A DNA stretch of 64,000 nt from Rotaria socialis (lineage: Eukaryota): positions 1 through 64,000 of the forward strand of contig CAJNYD010000074.1 in the NCBI GenBank assembly GCA_905331295.1. Direction: 5' to 3'. How positions within the stretch are numbered: position 1 is the stretch's first letter; each line of letters starts with the position of its first letter. The notes beneath the pieces are model-generated. The model did no database searches and was not told the DNA's origin. It saw nothing but the letters and a program-made list of their open reading frames with translations. The position numbers were made by a program, and so were the translations under genes. This document shows, one piece after another, positions 12,764 through 22,930 of the stretch.

Positions 12764-14073
12764 GGTAAATATGCTCTTCGCCAAAAGCCACATCGCCGAA
12801 ATGCAGATCGCAGAAATTCGGCGATTTCCATTTCGGCGAACTATTATTTCGGCGATGTGATTATCGGCTATCTGTCGGATCGGCGATGTCACTGTCGGTG
12901 ATGTGGCTATCGACGATAGTCTCGCATGATATTTACCGCATTCGAAAACTTCACTAATTCTGGCTATTGATACTTATTGTACTTCGCTAATAAGATGAAG
13001 TGCCAAGTTGATAACTAACTTAAGCGAGTGATTCAATAAGTTCCTACCTTGATCAAGTTAGGGACCGAGTCAAGTTAGAAACGGCCTCGACTTAGGAACC
13101 GAATCTCACGAACATAGATGACCGAAAGGTATTCGGTAGGGGTGGACCATTTTTTTTAACGGAACTTAATTAATGACATTAATTAATGACTTCCATTAGC
13201 CATTAATATTAATGGTTAATGTTTTCTAAGACAAACTTAATTCATTAATATTAATGATTAATGAAAAACATTAACATTAATTTTAAAATTAATGTTTTCA
13301 TTAATCATTAATATTAATGTCAATGTTCTTGAATGATATTAACGGTTAAAGGAAACATTCACCATTAGTATGAATAGTAATGTTTTCGTTAATATTAGGG
13401 ATTATATTTTCATTAATCATTAATATTAATGTTAATGTTTTCATGAAAACATTAATTTTTCCATATTACTGAATTAGGCTTTTGTAAGGAAACATTATCT
13501 ACAATTATTAATCAATTAACTGATCCTAATAGATAATGTTTTCTCCGAAAGTGTTAATTACTTAATATGGAAAGTTATAATGCTTTCCTGAAAACATTAA
13601 CCATTAATATTAAGTCATTGATTTTAATGAAAACATTAACATTAATATTAATGATTAATGAAAGTATAATCCATAATATTAACGAAAACATTGCTATTCA
13701 TACTAATGGTGAATGTTTCCGTTAACCGTTAATATCATTTAAGAACATTGACATTAATATTAATGATTAATGAAAACATTAATTTTAAAATTAATGTTAA
13801 TGTTTTTCATTAATCATTAATATTAATGAATTAAGTTTTTCTTAGAAAACATTAAGCATTAATATTAATGGTTAATGAGAAACATTAACATTAATATAAA
13901 ATTAATGTTAATGGCCCACCCCTAGTATTCGGCGATCAGCATTTCGTCGAATTTCATATCGATAATCTGTATTTCGGTGATGTTGATTTCGGCGATCTTG
14001 CTTTTCGGTAATGTTCGTTTCAGCGCGAGTTTCGGCGATTTGAGCTTTCGGCGATCTCACTTTCGGCGATGAG
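12764..14073. mobile_element. Composite MULE/MITE-like remnants built from 15-bp-period TTCGGCGAT units
   Basis: Small inverted-repeat unit 12764-12937 (GGTAAATAT...ATATTTACC) and an arm at 13925-14073 with TTCGGCGAT-like units every ~15 bp, ending GAGGTATACAATC. Confidence 0.6.
13137..13924. mobile_element. Non-autonomous hAT MITE with long internal foldback
   Basis: 8-bp TSD GTATTCGG (13129-13136, 13925-13932). TIR TAGGGGTGG(A/G)CCATT. Near-perfect ~245-bp inverted arms at 13201-13444 and 13627-13870 made of CATTAA/TTAATG units. Confidence 0.93.
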
Positions 14074-16511
14074 GTATACAATCGTTCTTGTAGATTCGAC
14101 ATTTGATAGAGACGTAGTAGAACCAATTCATTGTAATACAATGCTGTAACATTACAGGACAAAGAAAAACGTTTCAGATTTGGTAAATCACCCTAAGAAG
14201 AATTGATTTTTTTATTTGATAATATAGAGAGCTTTTCTTTTCAAACTAACTTGATTTATAATTTGTTCTGGGCGATAAATATGAATCAAATCGACATAGA
14301 ACGTGTGAAACCGTGTACACTGATACTCAATTTCAAAAGAGCTGAAGAACGAAAAATAAGAAGATAATGGATCATTAAAATTGAATCAAACACAATCTTT
14401 ACATGTTGATTCATAGATATAATTCTAAAGCAATTAGACGAGTGAAAATAGTCAAAATCCAATGGCATATGTTTATCAGTGACAATGATATCTCTCCATC
14501 ATCATTATGTGTATTAATTGTAATTAGAAGTATTGCTATCTGATTTTTTTAAATACCAGATGTAAGCGTTCCATCTAAATATACATATATAAAATATTAA
14601 AAAGAACCAAAAAACCTATGAAAAGAGTATCAATAAGTTTGATAAATATTTCATTGGCTTAGAGTAAAAGCAATAAAGTTGAAATATGTTACCAGTAAAA
14701 AGACCACGAGCTGATTCTTCATCAATGCTATACAGACCAAGACAATCTAAATTAGGGTAATTGGCAGCACGCAAAACAGGCTTCATAGATAATGCCTCAA
14801 GGTTAAGCCATGTGATTTTATCATGAATTTCAGGTAAATGTTTTAGACAAAATGGATCAAGTACCACATCACAACTAAGTAGATCGATACAATGATGGGA
14901 AAACCATTTGACAAAAATTAAACAACTTGTAAAAATTGAATCATGAACAATTTTATTTAGTCACTAATTGGCACCTTGTAAAGAATAAAATATGTCAAGA
15001 TAGTTTAATTGATTTTTAATAATCATCAGATAAATCATTTAATCCAATGCATGAATATTCCAAGCTGGTTTTCAGTCGACATTGATGATATGTTTTGAGT
15101 CGTGCCACTAATCCTATTTTTCTGGTGGTAACTTTGTTCAACAAAAGTTTTCAAGATTGAATTCTTTCGAGCATGTAAAATAATTCAGCATGTATAAAAT
15201 CCAGTTCTAGAAACATTCATTATCCCGATATACGTGCATATCTAGTTGGTTAAGTCACATTGGTAGCGAATGATTTTGCCCATACGTATATCATTACATA
15301 TGCTTATGATAAAGTTATCACGGTTTAGATAAAACACGAAGAGATTATTATTGAGATATAATGAATGTATATTTATCAGGTCTCCCAACAGACTTAACAA
15401 AAAATGTGCAGTCGCTTCACCCTTAGAGAATACAAGAAAGGATCGCGAATATGATTTTTAAAGTTTTTAAAATTCTACAGATTTACAACGTCTTAAGTTC
15501 TCTCAAAACTAGCTATTTGTTCGTTTAATTTAACGAAAAATTATATAATAGACTAAACTCAGACAATATCCAATGATGAATCGTTGCCAAATGAAAAAAC
15601 ATTTATATCTATAAGGATGTTGAAATGTAGATTGTTGAGTAGAAAGAAAATATCAGCAATAAAAGTTTTGCCTGCTAGAAGATGCGGGTTTGATACTTTT
15701 TGACATTCACACCGAAATTAATCTAGATTTGTCTCATTTTATACATCATTTAGAAAATTAATAAAAGATGAACAAAGAATTTGTGATAGGAAAGTGCCAT
15801 GAAATCGATCAGATGTGTTGCAATCACTCAAACTACATCAATTGTTTTATTGTTCAATTGGATTTGGAACTTCTTTTTATATTCAAACTACACTCACAGA
15901 ATAGTTTTTTCGATAAGATCAATGTTTGTCTCAACAATGAAACAAAACTGAGATGAAGAACTAGTCAAACTTCAAAGCAGGCATATTATCAATAAAAAGT
16001 CAATGTACTATATATTGACCTTTAACTTTTACTGTTGATATCTTTCTTCTTTGTTTTCGGCACTGATCTATTTGATCTTTGATCAAACAGCGAAATGTCA
16101 CCAATAATATATTTCTTTACAGGACCTAGTGAGTATATAGGAAATAAGAGTCTAGATATACTTTTCTCTATTCGTTTTAAGTAGATCACTTCATGATGTA
16201 CCATTTACGGACAAGTCAATGAACCAATCGGCCTCTAATCTTTGATTATATAATATCTTAACCTTTTGTCGAAATCCTATGTTTTCGAATAATATGCTGA
16301 AATGTCATGCAAAGAATGTGCAGCGACAATGCAACCTTTATAAGTCGGAGATTCTACGAACATTTACTTGTGGATTACAATAATTCCTGGTGATTAAAGA
16401 AAGACGACGAGAGACAGAGAACATCCATCCGTGAATAAATAAAGTAGGATCTGAGTTTTATTTTAGTCATAAAATTTTTACTTCGAAGTTAACATAAGAA
16501 CACAACGAACG

Positions 16512-17668
16512 ATGCTTATTACTACTGCTAGTGTGAGCCTTGTTTTTCTGTCTTTTGTTTCTACAGTTGGTAGGTGAACCTTGAATCAGTCTCTCTAGAA
16601 AATTCATCTTTTCTTACATTTAGCTGGGAACTGTTTGTTTGGTGGCTGTGGAGCTGGTCTCTGCTGCTCGGCGTACGGATATTGCGGAGTAGGTGCTGCA
16701 TATTGTGGTGCAGCTGTTGGTCCAGGTGCTGTTGGTTGCCTAAACGGTGGTTGTCCAGCGGGACAATGCTGTTCACGATACGGCTAGTACGTATATGGAT
16801 TTTCTTTTTGCGAATCATTGCCTGCTTTTTTTCTTACTCAGTTGTGGCACTACTGCTGAACACTGTGGTTGGAATGGTGGCAACGGTGGCAACGGTGGCA
16901 ACGGTGGCGGTGGCATCAATGGAGGAAATGGTAACTGTCGTGCCACTGGTTGCGCTGCAGGAGCATGTTGTTCAGTACATGGATTGTAAAAAATGAAACC
17001 CCAATAAATTTATGCTGTACCAGTGATGTTCAAATTTTATATTTTAGTTGTGGAAACACTGCTTCACACTGTGGAGGAGTTACCTATGGTAACTGTGGTG
17101 TTACAGCTTGTGGTAGTGGTCTTTGTTGCTCACGATTTGGATAGTATGTCATTGTATAGACATATTATATATAGACAATTTATTTTTCATGTAGTTGTGA
17201 TGCCATTAGTGTTAACTGTGCTTTCGCTAAATTCTTACCCGGTAAACCGGCAGCTGTTCTCGAAGGTGAATTTGAAGGAGAAGCAACATACTACAACGCG
17301 ACCATGGCAGGTTCGGAATATAGTACCTGTGGTATAAGTCGAGCTCGTTCATTGGATGATGGTGACGAGAAAATCTACACAGCTGCTCTCAATGAAGCAC
17401 AATTTGATCCATATACTGTCGGCGGTATTCCAAGTACTAATCCAATCTGTGAGAAGAAAGCACTTGTAAAGGGAGCCAACGGCGAAATAGTCGTTCGATT
17501 TGTTGATCGATGCCAAAATTGTGAACAAGGTAAATCTTATCAATTAGATAATATCGATGGTTTAACTTGCTTCATTTAGGTAATATCGCCCTGACACATG
17601 ATGCTTTTATTGCTGTAGCTGGGGAACTGGGCAATGGTCATGCTAACATTGCATGGCATTTTCTTTAA
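16512..17668 (+). CDS. Secreted protein with four hevein-like (chitin-binding type 1/CBM18) repeats and a C-terminal RlpA-like/expansin-like double-psi beta-barrel, 294 aa, 6 exons
   Basis: Exons 16512-16569, 16624-16786, 16842-16985, 17048-17143, 17195-17529, 17580-17668 splice to an open frame. Signal peptide [90 protein letters not shown]. Confidence 0.9.
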
Positions 17669-19308
17669 AATGGAGAGTAAAACAGACATGTGACTTCGAG
17701 AATTCATTTTATTTTACTTTATTAATCAATCAATCCGGACTCGCTTTTTATGTGAATCTTTGCTCTTCGGTATTTTGAATTCTTATATAAGCCAAAAATA
17801 AAATTTCTCCTCATCAAACTGTACGAAACGAGTCAAAGTTTGCGCCATTTTCTTCGACTGTATTAGCAAAGCCTACATCCATTGATGTTAGCTATCCAAG
17901 CGATGCGTTAAAAGAACGCGTAAAGTTATTTGTTTTCTTTCATTCATATTCAACTCGACACTCCTAACTACGGATTCCAGTCTATTAGCTGAATCGAGTG
18001 TATTCCTATAACTTACGTAGATTTCTATCAGTATACATGCGTAAACAATTTTATATGAAATCCCGAAATAATAGAATCGATGATTCGATTAAACAAGTAA
18101 GAAAATCGATAATGTGGAGGTGTCCTTACAATGTTGTTGCTCTGATTATAACATCACAATTACATAACGAGCGGAGAATGAAGATGGTAAAAATATATGC
18201 AAATTGAAAGCTTAATGTGTCTCGGTGAACTATTAACTAGAGTGTTGATTCAAATGAAAATCGTCTATTTGTCGAATAATGTTGAACTTCTGTCATTTAT
18301 CTTCAGCGCACACTCCTATAAGTACGGCAAAAATCGCGAGTGCATCTCAATGGAGAACACGATTACTCGGAATTATTAGAGACCGCTATTGAATTATGAG
18401 ACTTGTCTGCAAAAAAAGGAAAAGTTCAGCGTTTCGCATGATCCATGCATGAATTTTGACTTTAGCTTGTATTTATAATCGATGAAATAATTTTGCATTC
18501 CACAAACTCAACATTTCTCGATAAGTAATGATATCTTTCTCGTAGATACTAGAATATGTTCAAGAAATAGTAGCACTGTTATTTTGTTAAACCTATCACT
18601 CGACGGGATTTCGAAAGACACCGTAAACAACTGGCATCAGAGCAGTTTCACACATATCAGACAGTCAGATTGATTTTAACATGATACAAGTACCGAGCGA
18701 TTCAAGGATGCCGAGAAGTTCGATTTAATAATATGTATGTACTTAAAATTTCATGATCTCCAGAATCCATATAGCCTTACGTCTCAGCTATTTGTTATTA
18801 AGCACAAAAAGACAATTTTCATAAGTTCCTGTAAAGTATTTTCATCATTGATCATAACTAATACCAAGAGATAAAACTACTTCGCGCCAGTAGTTGACAA
18901 GAAGTCAATCGATGAGAAAAACTCCTGTTTCTATAATGGAAATGATGGTCGAAGAAAAAGGATGAGACTATGATGACACGATGAAGAAGATCTCAGTGTG
19001 AATAACTTCTGATAGTACTCGTGTAGATTTTCGAAATACATCGAGTATCTTTCACAATACCCATCATAGTTTTTATTTTACTACATTCAAACAAGATTTT
19101 TTCAATCTTCATGTAACAAACTGTTTTCTAATTTGATTTTTTTAGTGCAAGAAGTTATCATCCTGTGCTTCAATTATTAATTTTTTGTTGACAAATGTCG
19201 CTAATGAGAAACAGAAAAAAGTCACACTTCACAATATTTTAACCATTTCTTTATATCTATTATAAAATAATACAAAAACAAGCATTCATTATTTTTTTTT
19301 TCGCTACG

Positions 19309-21522
19309 TCATTTCTCTTTTGATTGTTGTTGACTCGCATATAAATAATAAGTCCAATAAATTAGATTAAATATTAAAAAAGTTAGCGGATAAAAAATTC
19401 TTGCGATAATATCAATTTGACTAATACTATTCGAATAAAAAATATTTTTTAAAGCTTGTCCTTGAAACGCTGAATAAGCTGGTTTACAATAAATGCTTTG
19501 CCAATATTTGCTAAAACTTTTTCTTGATGTTAACTTTTTTGCTGATAGTTTTCTTCTTACTGATGATCGATAAACTAAATGAATATCATTATTAGTTACA
19601 TGATGGTCGTTTGAATTAGGATCATCATTCTATAAAAGACATAAAGACAAATCGATGTTTTATCTTAGAAGTTTGATTTCCTACTCGAATAATATAATCT
19701 TCTAATTCGCGCATATTTTCATTAAGATCACCTGTTCGTGCTTTTGTATAATAATGAACAAGTGCAAATTCGAATAATGTTGAGAAAACAAAAATAAAAC
19801 AAACAGCTATAAAACAATCAAGTGCTGTAAGATAGGAAACTTTCGGTAGATCTTTTTTCCCTTCCATTATAACAAATATAAGTGTTAGAACTGTTGTTAC
19901 ACCTGAAAGAAAAATACAAACAAAAATATACGATGAAAAACTTTAAGCACAAAGATTTTTACCTAAATTAATTCGATCATTTGTTGCTTCACGATTTAAC
20001 CAAAGACCCACCCATGATAAAAATACGACGAGTATACATGGAATATATAATTGAATTAAAAAATAACCCACATGACGACGAAGAGAAAATACAACGTATA
20101 CTATGGATCGAGTTCCTATAGAAATAGATTCGATTACGGTTGTCTTCATTTTTAGAAATTACATAACAAAAGTCAAGATATGACATTCGAAAAATTAGAA
20201 ATTATCAAAATCTTTTTTTTCTATATTGAATCATAATTTGCCTAGTTTTTAATGTATCTTGAAATGTTAGTATAAAATAGTTATGACTATAGAATTCTCT
20301 TTCTTATGGTTAACTTATTGAAAATCAAACTTTTAGTATTAGCCTCTCTAGTGATGGAAATCTCACTTAAAACAATTGATTCTTTGTAAATAAAAACCAG
20401 CGATATAGTTTTGATTGTAGCTATGAAAAGATATTATAGTATACTTTTCAACAAAAGAATACATTTAACGATTTTTCAATAGACTGAAGAGTACGCTAAC
20501 TCATCAATCAATGATAAATACATTCAAAATTTTTTGCGAAAACATCAAAAACTACATGCCAATTATCTTAGAATATCGCAACTCATAAACTAATCTAACC
20601 AAGTCAAGTATTACTATCGTCGTATAGAACATATTAATGGAAAACTCTCAAGACAGACGATGAAAACCCACTGACAAGGAAATAAACCTTTAATTTCATG
20701 TTCATACAGTTTTGATAAACTTACGATTATCTCTAATAAGATGTTGCGTACCGACACTTGCATTAACTAATGAAAATTGATTCATAATTAAATCACTTTG
20801 TATATCAACAGGACTTTTCGTATTCCATTCATATATTGTTTCTTCATTATCGTAAGCATAACTACCAATTAATAAAGTACAATGTTGTGTGTCAAGTGGT
20901 AAATTTCGAAGATTCATTGCACACGAAGCTCGAATAGTTAAACTAGAAATAGAATTTATGTAAAAAGAAAGAAGAAAACAACACAATTGTTCTACTGACC
21001 GTTGCGAATAAAGTATAGCACCGTTAGTTGCAATACGAAAAAATCGATTGATATTAGGTACTGAATGAAGATAAGAACGTCGACCATTATAAAAATATGT
21101 ATCAGGCTTCCAAATTTTTGCAAACATTTTAATACTAACTGGTAATGATTTATAATTCATGACTTCCGTTGTATTAAAAACAAGCCGAGTATCAGTCCAT
21201 CGTTGCCGAAAAAAGCAATCAAATGAATATTCCATGTCGAGTTCACTAACAGCGCCCATACTACGAATATATATATCAACAATGACTTTATCAGGTTTAC
21301 CTTTAAAAAAATCATATAGCAACTAATAAAAATAAATAGATGATTAGAGAATAGACACAAACCGCCATAGGTTGGTCGATGAAAAGGATCATAAGATTTT
21401 AGTAAATCATTAAGAACCACAGAAACATTTCTTAAATCTGATGTAAAATTTGAACTAGAGATCAATGGAAATCTGCTCATTGTTATTATTATTAGAAAAA
21501 TCATAATATTAATATCAATCAT
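19309..21522 (-). CDS. Cys-loop ligand-gated ion channel subunit, GABA-A alpha/GRD-like
   Basis: Signal peptide, [30 protein letters not shown], Cys loop [16 protein letters not shown]1 [20 protein letters not shown]2 [29 protein letters not shown]3, M4 [21 protein letters not shown]. Introns are in phase. Confidence 0.92.
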
Positions 21523-22339
21523 TTTTACTCTACTGGATCAACAAATAAAATAATATCATTCTGTAGATTGCTTCTCGATGTTATGCTTGTCGATTTTTTT
21601 TCTCGTTTTGTCTTTCTTTCGCATGGCTACTTATAATTCTAGCGTTTTTCTTCTATGTCTGTAATAGATTTCATTATTTTGTTAAATATACATTGACGAT
21701 GAAATAGGAAGAGAAGTGATTTATTTACATAAGACAATAACCGGAAATAATCTATTAGACAGCATCGTTCTCTATAGAAATAACAGTATTTCGAATTCAG
21801 CGCTTTATTTGATTTCGAAAACTTCCCATCGAAAATTAAATTATCTTGGATTGCTTTTCATACGATTAATAATCATCCTTGACAGTATTGAAAATATCTC
21901 TGTTTCATGTGTTATTTATTTCTAGGTCACAATTAATTAGATATGCATTCTGTTGTATTGACTTCTATAGTAAATGATGAGAGAAAAAATAAAACATAAC
22001 ACGCAATTTTTTCTGTGAAGACATGAATACTGGTGCAGCTCTTTTCAGACTTTTAATAAACATTTTAACAGCTGATTAGTTATGAGATTTTGAAATTTTT
22101 GGCAGAAGCAGATACTGATTACAGGACTATCACTGAAAGAGAGAATCACTTCACCATTCGTATGCCACTTTTGGAACAAATATACTTGCTCAATCATCTA
22201 TTTATCTTCAAAACGGCCTATTGCGATGAAACTCTATTGTTACATTGTGAAAGCGAAATGATTTGTACATATTTTAAATAAAACAGAATGTTTCACCCCC
22301 GATGAATGAATCTATTCGAAAAAACTATCTGCAATGAAT

Positions 22340-22458
22340 GCTTACGGCCATACCACGTTGAATACACCAGTTCTCGTCCGATCACTGAAGTTAAGCAACG
22401 TCGGGCTCGGTTAGTACTTGGATGGGTGACCGCCTGGGAATACCGAGTGTCGTAAGCT
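22340..22458 (+). rRNA. 5S: 5S ribosomal RNA gene
   Basis: GCTTACGGCCATACCACG...CCGATCACTGAAGTTAAGC...TTAGTACTTGGATGGGTGACCGCCTGGGAATACC...GTAAGC. Complementary ends and internal A/C boxes. Confidence 0.98.
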
Positions 22459-22463
22459 TTTTT
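22458..22463 (+). terminator. RNA polymerase III terminator (oligo-T)
   Basis: Run of T directly after the 5S gene. Confidence 0.85.
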
Positions 22464-22930
22464 GCTTCCTCTTTTCTTTTTGTTTTTGTGCGAGCTCAAC
22501 ACTGACAAATGAGTTTTATTTGTTGCAATTTTTTTAGATTTTAACTACATACTTCTTACAAGAAATTAAAAATACTTTATTATATTAGTCTGTCTGCGTT
22601 GGTTAGCAGATTTTAAATCATGCAAGAAAAGAATCCAAAGATCATTTGATTTATTACATTAGTAAAAATATCTTATGAAATAAATATTGAACTTTTACCT
22701 AGATTTATCAAAAAGAAACGAAAAAATATGGCATAGTGATGATTAAAAAGAATTTTTACACCTGCAAAAAAAGAAATACTATAGACATCTATCGTAGAAA
22801 GTAAAACTTCTTGATAGAACAAATCTAGAGAGGTCTTCACTAGAGAACAAGCCGTTGAAATGAATGCAAAATAAATTTGTTTCTTTCTTATTTGAAAAAG
22901 TGAATTATCTAATAATAATAATACGAAATA

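Larger units (their letters stand above)
12513..15062 (-). pseudogene. F-box/LRR-like gene of an expanded rotifer-type family, degraded and split by transposons
   Basis: 5' piece EYSCIGLNDLSD with frameshifts and stops, then FCLKHLPEIHDKITWLNLEALSMKPVLRAANYPNL (14867-14690) and GDLPNLKRFSLSC...YQMSNLQE (14190-14075). C-terminal piece VHD...KTYLPNSILL...QRVTHNCTRNTTRITC...LQEYFP (12763-12513). Family call is from recalled similarity. Confidence 0.75.

Noticed and set aside
12810..14073. Regularly spaced TTCGGCGAT units suggesting a CRISPR-like array
   Set aside because: The period is only ~15 bp, there are no unique spacers of CRISPR length and no cas genes, and the context is eukaryotic; better explained as TIR sub-repeats.
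16561..16996. 140-aa plus-strand and 85-aa minus-strand ORFs
   Set aside because: Wrong-frame and antisense shadows of the hevein exons.
22293..22508. 71-aa minus-strand ORF
   Set aside because: Antisense translation of the 5S rRNA gene.
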